Source: Alphaproteobacteria bacterium (lineage in GTDB: Bacteria > Pseudomonadota > Alphaproteobacteria > Micropepsales > Micropepsaceae). From it: DNA of 64,000 bases. The DNA lies in contig WGNU01000003.1 of assembly GCA_016124385.1 (NCBI GenBank), positions 27,731 to 91,730 on the forward strand, in the 5' to 3' direction. The notes under the pieces are model-generated. The model searched no databases and had not been told where the DNA came from. It saw nothing but the letters and a program-made list of their open reading frames with translations. The translations under genes were made by a program, and so were the position numbers. The stretch's first letter is position 1. The number at the start of each line of letters is the position of its first letter. This document shows, piece after piece, positions 45,106 to 56,534 of this stretch.

Positions 45106-45573
45106 CTACGCCGCGCTGAGCAATTCTTTCACGACCGCGCTCGCCTTGCCGAAATCCATTTGGCCGGCGTACCGCGTTTTGAGCTCGGTCATCGTGCGGC
45201 CCATGTCTTTCAGGCCCGCCGCGCCCAGATCGGCGATCACCGCCTCCGCCGCCGCGCGTGTCTCGCTCGCCGAGAGCTGGCGCGGCAGATAGGATTCGAT
45301 GATCTCGCGTTCTTCCGTTTCCTGCTCGACGAGATCGATGCGCCCCGCCTTCTCGTAGGTCTCGATCGATTCAGTGCGCTGCTTGATCATCTTCTGCAGC
45401 AGCTGCAGCACCTCCTCTTCGCCGACCCCCTCGTTGCGCCCATCGGTGCGGGCCGCGATATCGCGGTCCTTGAGCGCGGCGAGGATGAGACGGAGCGTGG
45501 AGACGCGGCGTTGATCTTTGGCGCGCATGGCCTCTTTCAGGCCATCGCTGAATTGCGCGCGAAGGCTCGACAT
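45106..45573 (-). CDS. yqeY: GatB/YqeY domain protein
   Basis: L...MKA..........LR...A..K.......... followed by a GatB_Yqey C-terminal pattern (ESYLPRQLS..E...AV..VI...GA....DMG..M..LK....G..D). A GTG at 45582 is an alternative start. Confidence 0.85.
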   Translation of the reverse strand: MSSLRAQFSDGLKEAMRAKDQRRVSTLRLILAALKDRDIAARTDGRNEGVGEEEVLQLLQKMIKQRTESIETYEKAGRIDLVEQETEEREIIESYLPRQLSASETRAAAEAVIADLGAAGLKDMGRTMTELKTRYAGQMDFGKASAVVKELLSAA

Positions 45574-45821
45574 GGCGAGCACAACTCCTTCACCGGGATT
45601 ACCAGGGGCGGGAGACTATCGCACTGAGGGGTCATGACGCAAATGCGAGATGTTAGCGTCAAGCTGTTGTTTTAACTGTATTTTTTGCAGTGCGTCATTG
45701 GCTTGACTCTGTCCCGGCCGATCCCTACTTTCCGCGCGTTTGACCCGAGATCGGCCGAGTCGAAGGCCGGGCGCAAGCCGCCCGGTTCAGGCGCGCGCAC
45801 AAGTAAAAAAGGGCCTGCAGC

Positions 45822-47000
45822 ATGGCGTCACCCGCCCCCGAGCCGATGGATCCCTGGGGGCCGGCGCTATTGACGGGACGCCTGGTGCTCGCCGACGGCA
45901 CGATCTTTCGCGGCACGGGCCTGGGCGCCACCGGCGAGGCGGTGGGCGAAGTCTGCTTCAACACCGCGATCACGGGCTATCAGGAGATCCTGACCGATCC
46001 CTCCTATGCCGGCCAGATCATCGCCTTCACGTTTCCCCATATCGGCAATGTCGGCGCCAACGACGAGGACGAGGAAGCTGCCCATCCCGCCGTGCGCGGC
46101 GCCGTGCTGCGCGCGGGCGTGACGACGCCCTCCAATTGGCGCGCGGCCAACCACCTCGATGTCTGGCTGAAGAAGCGCGGCATTGTCGCGCTCGCGGGCA
46201 TCGACACGCGCGCCCTCACCGCGCGCATCCGCGATCAGGGTTTCGCGAACGCCGTCATCGCGCACGAGCCCTCCGGCCGGTTCGACGAGGACGCGCTCCG
46301 CCGCGCCGCCGCCGGCTGGAACGGCCTCATCGGCGCCGACCTCGCCAAGGACGTCTCGACCCGCGAGCGGTATTCCTGGAGCGAGGGGCGCTGGCACTGG
46401 AAGGAAGGCTTCTCAGGGAAGCCGGATGCGCGCTTCCACGTCGTCGCGATGGATTTCGGCGCCAAGCGTAACATCCTGCGCTCGCTCACCGAGATTGGCG
46501 CGCGCGTGACAGTCGTCCCCGCCGATGCGAGCGCCGCCGACATCCTGGCGCTGGCGCCGGACGGCGTGTTCCTGTCGAACGGCCCGGGCGATCCCGCCGC
46601 CACCGGCGTCTATGCCGTGCCGACGATCAAGGCGCTGGTCGAGAGCGGCAAGCCAATCTTCGGTATCTGCCTTGGCCATCAGATGCTGGCGCTGGCGCTT
46701 GGCTGCCGCACCGAGAAGATGCATCAGGGCCATCACGGCGCGAACCATCCCGTGAAGGAGCTGAGCACCGGCAAGGTCGAGATCGTCTCGATGAACCACG
46801 GCTTCACGGTCGCGGGCGACAGCCTGCCGAAGGGCGTCGTTCAGACGCATGTCTCGCTGTTCGACGGCACGAATTGCGGCATCGCGCTTGAGGGCCGCCC
46901 CGTCTTCTCCGTCCAGCACCACCCCGAGGCCTCGCCCGGCCCGCAGGACAGCTTCTACCTCTTCGACCGCTTCGCTGAGATGATGGAGCGCCGCGCGTGA
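45822..47000 (+). CDS. carA: carbamoyl-phosphate synthase small (glutaminase) subunit
   Basis: [52 protein letters not shown]; GATase triad region GICLGHQ...HHGANHPV. Confidence 0.96.
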   Translation: MASPAPEPMDPWGPALLTGRLVLADGTIFRGTGLGATGEAVGEVCFNTAITGYQEILTDPSYAGQIIAFTFPHIGNVGANDEDEEAAHPAVRGAVLRAGVTTPSNWRAANHLDVWLKKRGIVALAGIDTRALTARIRDQGFANAVIAHEPSGRFDEDALRRAAAGWNGLIGADLAKDVSTRERYSWSEGRWHWKEGFSGKPDARFHVVAMDFGAKRNILRSLTEIGARVTVVPADASAADILALAPDGVFLSNGPGDPAATGVYAVPTIKALVESGKPIFGICLGHQMLALALGCRTEKMHQGHHGANHPVKELSTGKVEIVSMNHGFTVAGDSLPKGVVQTHVSLFDGTNCGIALEGRPVFSVQHHPEASPGPQDSFYLFDRFAEMMERRA

Positions 47001-47656
47001 GGGACACCGCTCTCGTTCCCGCCCTCAGGTCCCGCTGGCGCGTGCACGTCTCGATGATCGGCAATTTTTCGGCCGATCTGACCGGCCGTCTGTTCGATGG
47101 GCTCACCGCCGCCTATCGCGAGACGCAGCGCCACTATCACACGCTCGATCATCTGGGCGCGCTCTTCACGCTCCTGGAAGAACACGGCGAGGACATTGCC
47201 GAAGCGCCCCGCGTCGCCTTCGCGGTCTGGTATCATGACGTGATCTACGATCCGCGCGCGGCAGACAATGAGGAAAAAAGCGCCGAGCGCGCCTGCGCCG
47301 AGCTGGCCGAATTGGGCGCCGATCCCGAACTCGCCGAGCGCGTCGCGCGCCTCATTCGCGCGACCAAGAACCACACCGCCGGCGGCGGCGATCCCGACGA
47401 CAATCTCTTTCTCGATGCGGATCTGGCGATCATCGGTGCCCCGCCGGAGGACTACGATGCCTATGTGCGCAATGTCCGCGCGGAGTATGCGCACCTCAAT
47501 GAGGCTGCCTGGGCGCGCGGCCGCGGCGCGTTTCTGAGCAGCCTCGCCGGTCAGAGCCGCCTCTTCCACACGGACGCGTTCGAGGCGGCTTTCGCGCGGC
47601 AGGCCCGCGCGAACATCGCCCGCGAACGGGCCGCGCTCGGCGCGACGGGAGGCTGA
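46997..47656 (+). CDS. conserved hypothetical, HD-like metal-dependent phosphohydrolase fold (start uncertain)
   Basis: RHYHTLDHL...WYHDVIYD resembles an H...HD motif. Lies between carA (GTGA overlap) and carB (3-nt gap). Confidence 0.6.
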   Translation: MRDTALVPALRSRWRVHVSMIGNFSADLTGRLFDGLTAAYRETQRHYHTLDHLGALFTLLEEHGEDIAEAPRVAFAVWYHDVIYDPRAADNEEKSAERACAELAELGADPELAERVARLIRATKNHTAGGGDPDDNLFLDADLAIIGAPPEDYDAYVRNVRAEYAHLNEAAWARGRGAFLSSLAGQSRLFHTDAFEAAFARQARANIARERAALGATGG

Positions 47657-47659
47657 CCC

Positions 47660-50600
47660 ATGCCCAAACGCACCGACATCGACCAGATCCTCATCATCGG
47701 CGCGGGGCCGATCGTCATCGGTCAGGCCTGCGAGTTCGACTATTCGGGCGTCCAAGCCTGTAAGGCCCTGCGCGCGGAGGGCTATCGGATCGTCCTCGTG
47801 AATTCCAATCCCGCGACGATCATGACGGACCCCGAATTCGCGGACGCGACCTATATCGAGCCCATCACGCCCGAATTCGTCGAGAAGATCATCGCCAAGG
47901 AGAAGGCGAACGCCAAAAAAGGCTTCGCGCTGCTGCCGACGATGGGCGGCCAAACCGCGCTCAACACCGCCCTCGCGCTCGAGCAATCGGGCGCGCTCGC
48001 CCGCCACGGCGTCGAACTGATCGGCGCGAACGCGAAGGCGATCGCGAAAGCCGAGGACCGCCTCCTCTTCCGCGAGGCGATGGAAAAGATCGGGCTCGAA
48101 AGCCCGCGCTCCGGCATCGCCAAATCGCGCGACGAGGCGCTCGCCGTGCTCGAGATGGTGGGCCTGCCCGCGATCCTGCGCCCCTCCTTCACGCTCGGCG
48201 GCCTTGGCGGCGGCATCGCCTATAACCGCGAGGAATTCCTCGAGATCATCGAGCGCGGGCTCGATGCGAGCCCCGTCAACGAGGTGCTGGTCGAGGAAAG
48301 CGTCCTCGGCTGGAAGGAATACGAGATGGAAGTCGTGCGCGACCGCGCCGACAACGCCATCATCATCTGCTCGATCGAGAACGTCGATCCGATGGGCGTG
48401 CACACGGGCGATTCCATCACGGTCGCGCCCGCGCTCACCCTCACCGACCGCGAATATCAGCGCATGCGCAACGCCTCGATCGCGGTGCTGCGCGAGATCG
48501 GCGTCGAGACCGGCGGCTCGAACGTGCAATTCGCGATCAATCCGCGCGACGGGCGCATGGTCGTCATCGAGATGAACCCGCGCGTCTCGCGCTCCTCCGC
48601 GCTCGCCTCGAAGGCGACGGGCTTTCCGATCGCCAAGGTCGCCGCGCGCCTCGCCGTCGGCTACACGCTCGATGAGCTGGACAACGACATCACGAAGGCG
48701 ACGCCCGCGAGCTTCGAGCCGACGATCGACTATGTCGTGACGAAAATTCCCCGCTTCGCCTTCGAGAAATTTCCGGGGGCAGAGCCGCTCCTCACGACCT
48801 CGATGAAAAGCGTCGGCGAGGTGATGGCGATTGGCCGGACGTTCCAGGAAAGCGTCCAGAAGGCGCTGCGCGGCCTTGAGACGGGGCTGAGCGGCTTCGA
48901 TGAGATGGAAGTGCCGGGCCTTGGCGCCGAGAACGGCAAGGACATCCTAAAGGCCGAACTCGCCAAGCCCACACCTGACCGCCTGCGCCTTGCGGCCGAG
49001 GCGCTTCGCCGCGGCCTCACCGTTGCCGAGATTTGCGACGTGACTTCGTTCGATCCCTGGTTCATCGACCAGATCGCGGGCATCGTCGCGATGGAAGAGC
49101 GCGTCCGCGCGAAAGGCCTGCCCGAGACGGCCCACGGCCTGCGCCAGCTAAAGGCGATGGGCTTTTCCGACGCTCGGCTCGCGGTCCTCAGTGGACGGAG
49201 CGAAGAGGACGTTGCCCGCCACCGCGCGCGCCTCGCCGTACATCCGGTCTATAAGCGCATCGATACCTGCGCCGCCGAGTTCGCGGCTATCACGCCCTAT
49301 ATGTATTCGACCTATGAGAGCCCGGTCGGCGAGGCGCCCGCCTGCGAGGCCGCGCCCTCCGAACGCCGCAAGGTGATGATTTTGGGCGGCGGCCCCAACC
49401 GGATCGGCCAAGGCATCGAGTTCGATTATTGCTGCGTCCACGCCGCCTTCGCGCTCAGCGAGGCGGGCATCGAGACGATCATGGTCAACTGCAACCCCGA
49501 GACCGTCTCGACCGACTACGACACCTCCGACCGCCTCTATTTTGAATCCCTCACCGCCGAGGACGTGATCGAGATCGTCCGCGTCGAGCAATCGAAGGGA
49601 ACGCTCGCCGGCCTCATCGTCCAGTTTGGCGGCCAGACTCCCTTGAAGCTCGCCCGCGCGCTCGAAGCCGCGAACGTGCCAATCCTCGGCACGACGCCGG
49701 ACGCGATCGATCTGGCCGAAGACCGCGAACGCTTCCAGGCGCTCTTGGAACGCGAGGGCCTCAAGCAGCCGCAGAACGGCACCGGCCGCACGGCCGAGGG
49801 CGTGATCGCCGCCGCCGCGCGCATCGGCTATCCCGTCGTCGTGCGCCCCTCCTACGTGCTGGGCGGGCGCGGCATGGTCATCGTGCGCGACGAGGCGCAT
49901 TTGCGCGAAACGCTCGCGAGCACCGACGTCTTCAAGATTTCCGGCACCAGCCCCGTTCTCATCGACCGCTATCTCAACCAGGCGATCGAGGTGGATGTCG
50001 ATGCGCTTTGCGACGGCGAGACGGTCCATGTCGCGGGCGTGATGGAACACATCGAGGAAGCGGGCGTTCACTCCGGGGACAGCGCCTGCGCGCTCCCGCC
50101 CCATTCCTTGAAGCCCGACACCATCGCGGAAATCGAACGCCAGACCGAACGTCTCGCGCGCGCGCTCAAGGTCTGTGGGCTGATGAACGTCCAGTTCGCG
50201 ATCGAGGCGGGCGAGATTTACGTGCTCGAGGTCAACCCGCGCGCCAGCCGCACGGTGCCGTTTGTGGCAAAGACCGTCGGCGCGCCGATCGCCAAGATTG
50301 CCGCGCGCGTGATGGCGGGCGAAACGCTCGCGAGCTTCGCCCTCACCCGGCGCAAGCTCAACCACATCGCGGTGAAGGAAGCGGTCTTCCCCTTCGCGCG
50401 CTTCCCCGGCGTCGATCCGATCTTGGGGCCCGAGATGAAATCGACGGGCGAAGTGATGGGCCTCGACACGCGGTTCGACCGCGCCTGGGCGAAGAGCCAG
50501 ATCGCGGGCGGAACGAAGGTGCCGCTCGAGGGCACCGCGTTCGTCTCCGTGCGCGACGCGGACAAGGACGGCATCCTCGAGCCGATCCGCACGCTCCTCA

Positions 50601-50926
50601 TGCTCGGCTTCAAGGTCGTCGCGACGAGCGGAACGCAGGCCTTCCTTGCCTCGAAGGGTCTCGAGGTCGATCTCGTTCCCAAAGTGTACGAAGGCGTGCG
50701 CCCGCACATCGTCGATCGCATGAAATCGGGCGAGATCCAGCTCGTCTTCAATACGACTGAGGGTGCCAAGGCACTTAAGGATTCGGCAAGCATTCGCCGG
50801 ACCGGGTTGCTCATGAAAATTCCATACTACACAACGGTTTCCGGCGCGCGGGCCGCGACCCTTGGGATTGCTTGCCTGAAAGCCGGGACTCTTGAAGTCA
50901 GGCCGCTGCAATCTTACACTGATTGA
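47660..50926 (+). CDS. carB: carbamoyl-phosphate synthase large subunit
   Basis: 1088 aa: [53 protein letters not shown], a duplicated ATP-grasp, and a C-terminal MGS-like domain. Confidence 0.97.
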   Translation: MPKRTDIDQILIIGAGPIVIGQACEFDYSGVQACKALRAEGYRIVLVNSNPATIMTDPEFADATYIEPITPEFVEKIIAKEKANAKKGFALLPTMGGQTALNTALALEQSGALARHGVELIGANAKAIAKAEDRLLFREAMEKIGLESPRSGIAKSRDEALAVLEMVGLPAILRPSFTLGGLGGGIAYNREEFLEIIERGLDASPVNEVLVEESVLGWKEYEMEVVRDRADNAIIICSIENVDPMGVHTGDSITVAPALTLTDREYQRMRNASIAVLREIGVETGGSNVQFAINPRDGRMVVIEMNPRVSRSSALASKATGFPIAKVAARLAVGYTLDELDNDITKATPASFEPTIDYVVTKIPRFAFEKFPGAEPLLTTSMKSVGEVMAIGRTFQESVQKALRGLETGLSGFDEMEVPGLGAENGKDILKAELAKPTPDRLRLAAEALRRGLTVAEICDVTSFDPWFIDQIAGIVAMEERVRAKGLPETAHGLRQLKAMGFSDARLAVLSGRSEEDVARHRARLAVHPVYKRIDTCAAEFAAITPYMYSTYESPVGEAPACEAAPSERRKVMILGGGPNRIGQGIEFDYCCVHAAFALSEAGIETIMVNCNPETVSTDYDTSDRLYFESLTAEDVIEIVRVEQSKGTLAGLIVQFGGQTPLKLARALEAANVPILGTTPDAIDLAEDRERFQALLEREGLKQPQNGTGRTAEGVIAAAARIGYPVVVRPSYVLGGRGMVIVRDEAHLRETLASTDVFKISGTSPVLIDRYLNQAIEVDVDALCDGETVHVAGVMEHIEEAGVHSGDSACALPPHSLKPDTIAEIERQTERLARALKVCGLMNVQFAIEAGEIYVLEVNPRASRTVPFVAKTVGAPIAKIAARVMAGETLASFALTRRKLNHIAVKEAVFPFARFPGVDPILGPEMKSTGEVMGLDTRFDRAWAKSQIAGGTKVPLEGTAFVSVRDADKDGILEPIRTLLMLGFKVVATSGTQAFLASKGLEVDLVPKVYEGVRPHIVDRMKSGEIQLVFNTTEGAKALKDSASIRRTGLLMKIPYYTTVSGARAATLGIACLKAGTLEVRPLQSYTD

Positions 50927-51137
50927 CTGTGCGGCCTGTCCCCCCGGGTTCCCTGGGGCAAGACCGGATGGAGGCGACCCCCGAAACCCGATAGTGCAGG
51001 TAGGCGCGCCCTCGGCGCCCGGTTGGAGCCTGTTAAGGGCCTCTCATCGGGCCGTGGGCCATGATGGTGTTGTCGAAGCGAAAGGTCTGGCCAACCCGCC
51101 GAAGGGCGATAGGCTGAATGTCGAGAGGAAGAGCGTG

Positions 51138-51611
51138 ATGGAAAAGGTTCCCTTGACCCCCGCCGGGCTGGAAAAGCTCGAAGCGGAATTGAAGCGTCTG
51201 AAGTCGGTTGAGCGCCCGTCGGTGATCCGCGCGATCGCGGAGGCGCGCGCGCATGGGGATCTCTCGGAGAACGCCGAGTATCACGCCGCCAAGGAACGCC
51301 AGGGCTTCATCGAGGGCCGTGTCCTCGAGCTTGAGGATTTGATGTCGCGCGTCCAGGTGATCGATGTCGGCAAGCTGTCGGGCAAATCCGTCAAGTTCGG
51401 CGCGACCGTCACCGTGATTGACGAAGACACTGACGAAAAGGGCAAATACCAGATCGTCGGCGATTTCGAGGCGGACCTTGCGGACCGCAAGATCTCGATT
51501 TCCTCGCCCATGGCGCGCGCGCTGATCGGCAAGTCGGTCGGCGAAGCGGTCGAGGTGATGACGCCCGCAGGCTCACGCTCCTACGAGATCGTCAAAGTCG
51601 AATACCGCTAG
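51138..51611 (+). CDS. greA: transcription elongation factor GreA
   Basis: [27 protein letters not shown]...[20 protein letters not shown]. The track extension from 50892 is rejected. Confidence 0.95.
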   Translation: MEKVPLTPAGLEKLEAELKRLKSVERPSVIRAIAEARAHGDLSENAEYHAAKERQGFIEGRVLELEDLMSRVQVIDVGKLSGKSVKFGATVTVIDEDTDEKGKYQIVGDFEADLADRKISISSPMARALIGKSVGEAVEVMTPAGSRSYEIVKVEYR

Positions 51612-51614
51612 TCG

Positions 51615-52103
51615 TTAGGCCGGCAATCGAACCATCTCGACCGGCACGCCCGGCTCCTGCTTTGCCGCGCGGATGACGAGCGACGTCTTCACGTGTTCGA
51701 CGTTCGGCGCCGCCGTCAGCTTCTCGGTCAGGAACGATTGGAACTCCGAGAGATCGTGCGCGACGCATTTAAGGATGAAGTCCGCCTCCCCGTTGAGCAT
51801 GTAACATTCGCGCACCAGCGGCCATTCGCGCACCCGGTGTTCGAACGCGCGCAGGTCGACTTCGTTCTGGCTGGCGAGCCCCACGGTGATGAATACGGTG
51901 ATCTCGAATCCCAGTGCCTTGGGGTTGAGTTCGGCATGATAGCCGGTGATGAGCTTGGCATCCTCGAGCCCGCGAACGCGCCGGAGGCACGGCGGCGGCG
52001 AAATCTGCACCCGGCTTGCCAGCTCGACATTCGTCATGCGACCGTCTGCCTGCAATTCCTGCAGAATACGTTTGTCGATACTGTCGAGTTTGATCCGTTT
52101 CAT
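51615..52103 (-). CDS. lrp: Lrp/AsnC family transcriptional regulator
   Basis: KLDSIDKRILQELQADGRMTNVELASRVQISPPPCLRRVRGLEDAKLI, followed by a RAM/AsnC_trans_reg domain. Confidence 0.93.
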   Translation of the reverse strand: MKRIKLDSIDKRILQELQADGRMTNVELASRVQISPPPCLRRVRGLEDAKLITGYHAELNPKALGFEITVFITVGLASQNEVDLRAFEHRVREWPLVRECYMLNGEADFILKCVAHDLSEFQSFLTEKLTAAPNVEHVKTSLVIRAAKQEPGVPVEMVRLPA

Positions 52104-52214
52104 GGGTGCTTTGGCATTGAGATGTGGCGGCGCGCACCTTGCGTTGCCGCCGCGCGCGCATCAAGCATCGGGCATCGCACGCGCGCTTTGAAAAGTCGAG
52201 TTGGCATCACGCGA

Positions 52215-53219
52215 ATGAGTGAGAGCGATTGCGCACCCGTGTGGGTGTTGAGTGAAGGCAAGGCCGGCATGGAGAACCAGGTCGTCGGCCTGGCCGAAGC
52301 CGTTGGCCTGCCCTTCGAGACGAAACGCGCGCGTCTGGCACGTCCCTGGCGCTGGATGGCGCCGTACACGCTCTTCAATCCGCTTCGATTGCTCGAAAAA
52401 GGGGCAACACCCCTGACGCCGCCCTGGCCGCGCCTGCTGATCGCGTGCGGCCGGCAAAGCGTGCCGCTCTCGATCGCGATTCGCCGCGCGAGCGCCGGGC
52501 GCACCTTCACCGTGCAATGTCAGGACCCGCGCATCTCCCCGCGCTGGTTCGATCTCGTCGTTCCGCCCGAACACGACAGGGTGTCCGGCGGCAACGTGAT
52601 GCCGATCATCGGCTCGCCCAATCGCGTGACGCCCGAGCGGCTCGCCGAGGCGAAGACGCGCTGGGCGCCGCTCTTCGGCGAGAACCCTTGCCCGCGCATT
52701 GCGGTCTTGATTGGCGGGCGCTCGAAAGCGCACGACCTGCCCCCGACCATCGCCCACGAGCTCGCCGAGCGTTTGGCCGCGCGCGCACGCGGCGGCGCCA
52801 GCTTGATGGTGACGATCTCGCGCCGCACACCGCCCGAGAGCGCCGCGATCCTCACTGACATCCTCAAGCGTGCCGGTGCCTATGTGTGGAACAATCTGGG
52901 CCCCAACCCCTATTTCGGCATGCTGGCCTGGGCGGACGCGATCGTCGTGACGAGCGATTCGGTCAATATGGCGACGGAAGCGGGCGCGACCGGGCGCCCA
53001 GTCCACGTCTTTCCCCTGCCCGGCGGCGCCCCAAAATTTGACCGCTTCCACGACAGCCTCGCCGAACGGGGCGTGACGCGCCCCTTCAACGGCCACCTCG
53101 AATCCTGGCGCTATCTGCCCCTCAACGAGACGGCCCGCGTTGCCTCGCGGATTCGCGCGGAATTGGGCCTCGATCAGGCCGCGCCAAAGAGTGACGTCGG
53201 TCGCCTTGCAGCCTCCTGA
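52215..53219 (+). CDS. ELM1/DUF1022 family protein (mitochondrial fission ELM1-like, glycosyltransferase-like fold)
   Basis: From ATG 52215: VWVLSEGKAGMENQVVGLAEAVG...LLIACGRQSVP......T.QCQDPR.....FDLVV.PEHD...G.NV....G..NRVT...L......LIGG.S..... Confidence 0.75.
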   Translation: MSESDCAPVWVLSEGKAGMENQVVGLAEAVGLPFETKRARLARPWRWMAPYTLFNPLRLLEKGATPLTPPWPRLLIACGRQSVPLSIAIRRASAGRTFTVQCQDPRISPRWFDLVVPPEHDRVSGGNVMPIIGSPNRVTPERLAEAKTRWAPLFGENPCPRIAVLIGGRSKAHDLPPTIAHELAERLAARARGGASLMVTISRRTPPESAAILTDILKRAGAYVWNNLGPNPYFGMLAWADAIVVTSDSVNMATEAGATGRPVHVFPLPGGAPKFDRFHDSLAERGVTRPFNGHLESWRYLPLNETARVASRIRAELGLDQAAPKSDVGRLAAS

Positions 53220-53266
53220 CGCGGCGTCTATCTAAGGCGCGAACCGCTCGATGAAAGGAGGCGGCC

Positions 53267-54229
53267 GTGACGACCCGCCACGCGCGCGTGCTGATTCTGG
53301 GCTCCGGGCCCGCCGGTGATACGGCCGCCATCTATGCCGCGCGCGCGATGCTCGAGCCGCTCGTCGTGCACGGCATTCAGCCCGGCGGCCAGCTCACGAT
53401 CACGACCGAAGTCGAGAATTATCCAGGCTTCGCCGAGGCCATCCAGGGCCCCTGGCTGATGGAGCAGATGCAGGCGCAGGCCGAGAACGTCGGCGCCAAA
53501 TTCGAGCAGGACATCATCATCGATGTCGATCTCACGCGCCGCCCCTTCCGGCTGAAGGGCGACAGCGGCACGATTTACACAGCCGATACACTGATCATCG
53601 CGACGGGCGCGCAGGCGCGCTGGCTGGGCCTGCCGAGCGAGGAGCGCTTCAAGGGCCATGGCGTCTCCGCCTGCGCGACCTGCGACGGCTTCTTCTTCCG
53701 CGGCAAGGACGTCGCCGTCGTGGGAGGCGGCAACACGGCCGTTGAGGAAGCGCTGTTTCTGACGAACTTCGCCAAGAAGGTGACGCTCATCCATCGCCGC
53801 GACGAGCTACGCGCGGACAAGACGAACCAGACGCGCCTCCTCAAGCACCCCAAGGTGGAGGTCGTCTGGAACAGCGTCGTCGATGAAATTCAGGGCACGG
53901 ACGAACCGCTCGCTGCGACGGAGCTAAAGCTGCGCGACGTGACGAGCGAGAACACCCAATCGCTGCCGATCGATGGCCTCTTCGTCGCGATCGGGCACGT
54001 GCCGGCAACCGAACTCTTCCGCGGCAAGCTGGAAATGGACGCCGAGGGATATATCTTGACGAAGCCCGATTCGACCGCGACGAGCGTTCCCGGCGTCTTC
54101 GCCGCGGGCGATGTAAAGGACAAGGTCTATCGCCAGGCCGTCACCGCCGCCGGCATGGGCTGCATGGCCGCGTTGGAAGCCGAAAAATTCCTCGCCCACC
54201 ACGAAGAAACGGCCGAGGCGGCGGAGTAG
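53267..54229 (+). CDS. trxB: thioredoxin-disulfide reductase
   Basis: [17 protein letters not shown], a CATCDG redox centre, [16 protein letters not shown] and GVFAAGDV. Confidence 0.96.
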   Translation: MTTRHARVLILGSGPAGDTAAIYAARAMLEPLVVHGIQPGGQLTITTEVENYPGFAEAIQGPWLMEQMQAQAENVGAKFEQDIIIDVDLTRRPFRLKGDSGTIYTADTLIIATGAQARWLGLPSEERFKGHGVSACATCDGFFFRGKDVAVVGGGNTAVEEALFLTNFAKKVTLIHRRDELRADKTNQTRLLKHPKVEVVWNSVVDEIQGTDEPLAATELKLRDVTSENTQSLPIDGLFVAIGHVPATELFRGKLEMDAEGYILTKPDSTATSVPGVFAAGDVKDKVYRQAVTAAGMGCMAALEAEKFLAHHEETAEAAE

Positions 54230-54248
54230 CTGAGCATCAACATGATCT

Positions 54249-54356
54249 GACCTCCCCCTTGCGGGGAGGTCGGCGACACCGGACGTCAGTCCGGCGGCGC
54301 CAGGTGGAGGTCTCACCCCACCCCGCGCGGCGCGCGACCCTCCCCCTCAAGGGAGG
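54249..54356. repeat. CCTCCCC/GGGGAGG hairpin repeats between convergent trxB and msrP
   Basis: GACCTCCCC-cttgc-GGGGAGGTC (54249-54271), a CCGGAC-gtca-GTCCGG hairpin immediately downstream of it, and ACCCTCCC-cctcaa-GGGAGGGT (54335-54356). Confidence 0.65.
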
Positions 54357-54366
54357 GTGAACATCC

Positions 54367-55347
54367 TCACCGATAGAGATTCTGGCCCTCGAGCCCCGCG
54401 TAGAGTGACGCAACTTCCTCCGCATACCCGTTGAAGAGCTGCGTCGGCACCTGCTCACCGCTACCGAGCACGCGCTCGCTCGCCTGGCTCCAGCGCGGAT
54501 GCGGCACCTCTGGATTGACGTTCGCCCAGAAGCCGTATTCGGACGGCCCGATCTCCTCCCAGAAGCTGACCGGACGCTCCGCCGTGAAGGTCACGCGCGT
54601 GATGGATTTGATCGACTTGAAGCCGTATTTCCACGGCAGCGCGAGGCGAAGCGGCGCGCCGAACTGATTGGCGAGCGGCTTGCCGTAGACGCCCGTTGCG
54701 AGGAACGCGAGATCGTTCGTCGCTTCCGCAAGAGTCACGCCCTCCACATAGGGCCAGGGATACCAGCTCTGGCGCTGCCCGCTCGCGACGTCGGGATTGT
54801 AGAACGTCTCGAAGCGGAGATACCGCACGCCCGTCTTCGGTCGCGCAAAATCGACGAGCGCCTTCAACGGAAAACCCGTCCAGGGCACCGCCATCGACCA
54901 CGCCTCGACGCAGCGATGCCGGTAGAGCCGTTCCTCGAGCGGCATCGCGCGGATGAGCGTGTCGATATCGACCGTGCGCTCTTCTTCGACGTCGCCGTCG
55001 AGCCGAACGGTCCACGGCCGCGTCTTCAGCGCCTCGGCGGCGGAATAGATCCGCTTGTGCGAACCGAACTCGTAGAAATTGTTATAGGTGGAGGTGACCG
55101 ATTCATCCGTTAGTGCGCGGTCGAGGGTGTAGATCTCGTTGCGCTTGGCCGGATAAAGATCAGCCGTCGGATCATTGCTCGGCGCTTCCGACGCCGCGGT
55201 CGGCGCCTCGTCGCACGCCGCGAGCAGAACGCCCCCGGCCGCGATCGATCCAAGGCCCTTCAAGAGACCGCGCCGATTGAGGAACACCGCTTCGGGCGTC
55301 GCGAGCCGTTCGGGTATTTCCCAGCGTTTGGCAATCCGGATGAGCAT
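54367..55347 (-). CDS. msrP: protein-methionine-sulfoxide reductase catalytic subunit MsrP (YedY)
   Basis: Tat signal (NRRGLLKGLG). NNFYEFG, RHRCVEAWSM..PW.G, LP.KYGFKSIKS and WSQA..R are the YedY pattern. Start at ATG 55347. Confidence 0.92.
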   Translation of the reverse strand: MLIRIAKRWEIPERLATPEAVFLNRRGLLKGLGSIAAGGVLLAACDEAPTAASEAPSNDPTADLYPAKRNEIYTLDRALTDESVTSTYNNFYEFGSHKRIYSAAEALKTRPWTVRLDGDVEEERTVDIDTLIRAMPLEERLYRHRCVEAWSMAVPWTGFPLKALVDFARPKTGVRYLRFETFYNPDVASGQRQSWYPWPYVEGVTLAEATNDLAFLATGVYGKPLANQFGAPLRLALPWKYGFKSIKSITRVTFTAERPVSFWEEIGPSEYGFWANVNPEVPHPRWSQASERVLGSGEQVPTQLFNGYAEEVASLYAGLEGQNLYR

Positions 55348-55444
55348 CGCTTCCTCTTCAAGCGGTTGACGCGTGAGGATTTGCGAGAACCATAGGCGAG
55401 CCACGCCATCGCGAACCAATCACGGAAGCGTCAACGGAGCGAGC

Positions 55445-56530
55445 ATGACCGCGAACGGCCCATCGCAGGAGCGCTTCTCGCTCGCCGTGATCGAGGGATT
55501 CTATGGCCGCCTGTGGAGCGAGGCGGATCGCCTCGCGCTCGCGCCATTCTTGGCAGAGAACGGTTACGATGCCTTCATCTACGCGCCCAAGGGCGATGCG
55601 AGCCTGCGAAAATCCTGGCGCGCGCCGTTTGTGCCCGAACACAGAGCCTTTCTCGGCCGCCTCGCGGACGGCATGCGCGCGAGCGGCCTTGCCTTCGGTG
55701 TCGGTCTCAGTCCCTTTGAGATCTGGCGCGACTGGGGCCCGGCGGTTCGCGCCGATCTCGCGGCCAAGATCGCCGAGCTCGACGCGATCGGCACGGAAAC
55801 CCTTGGCATTCTCTTCGATGACATGCGCGGCGATACGCCCGATCTCGCCGCCCGTCAGGCCGAGATCATGGACGCCGTCGCCGGTGCCTCGCGCGCGCGG
55901 CGCATCATTTTCTGTCCGACCTATTATTCCGATGACCCCGTGCTCGCGCGCGTCTTCGGCACGCCGCCGGAATCCTATCTTGAGGCACTCGGCCGGCGCC
56001 TTGCCCCCGCCATCGATGTCTTCTGGACGGGCCCTCGCGTCTGCTCGGCGGACATCACGCCCGATCACTTGGAAAGCGTCATCGCGCGGTTGGGGCGCAA
56101 GCCGTTCCTCTGGGACAACTACCCGGTCAACGACGGCGCGCGCATGTCGAAGCATCTCCAACTGCGCGCCTTCTCCGGCCGCACGGCGCAGAACCGGTCG
56201 CTCCTCGCCGGCCACGCGGCCAATCCGATGAACCAGATCTGGCTCTCGCGCATTCCGCTCGCAACGCTGGGCGCCCTCTATCGCGGCGGCGCGTATGATC
56301 CTGGCGCCGCCTTCACCGAGGCCGCCCGCGCGATCCTCGGCGAAGAGACGGCGGCCGCCCTCGCGCGCGATCTCTCCTTGCTCCAGGACAAAGGTCTGGA
56401 TCACCTCTCCGATGAAGAGCGAGAGGCCCTCACAAAAACATACGGCGCCCGCCGGACACCGTATGCGCATGAGATCATGGACTGGCTGGACGGCGTTTAC
56501 GCGTTCGATCCCGCCTGCCTGACGGACTAG
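55445..56530 (+). CDS. GH84-like beta-N-acetylglucosaminidase (O-GlcNAcase/NagJ-like) domain protein
   Basis: VIEGFYGRLWS...L..F....G.DAFIYAPKGD..LR..WR.P.....GILFDDM....CPTYY....FWTG..V.S..I.......GRKP.LWDNYPVND. Confidence 0.75.
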   Translation: MTANGPSQERFSLAVIEGFYGRLWSEADRLALAPFLAENGYDAFIYAPKGDASLRKSWRAPFVPEHRAFLGRLADGMRASGLAFGVGLSPFEIWRDWGPAVRADLAAKIAELDAIGTETLGILFDDMRGDTPDLAARQAEIMDAVAGASRARRIIFCPTYYSDDPVLARVFGTPPESYLEALGRRLAPAIDVFWTGPRVCSADITPDHLESVIARLGRKPFLWDNYPVNDGARMSKHLQLRAFSGRTAQNRSLLAGHAANPMNQIWLSRIPLATLGALYRGGAYDPGAAFTEAARAILGEETAAALARDLSLLQDKGLDHLSDEEREALTKTYGARRTPYAHEIMDWLDGVYAFDPACLTD

Positions 56531-56534
56531 CGCC

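Noticed and set aside
45634-45688. ATGACGCA ... TGCGTCAT 8-bp inverted repeat (plus an inner TGACGC-N15-GCGTCA) upstream of carA as a possible ArgR/PyrR-type operator
   Set aside because: The arms are far apart (39 nt), and I cannot match them to any known arginine or pyrimidine regulator consensus. It is too weak to call.
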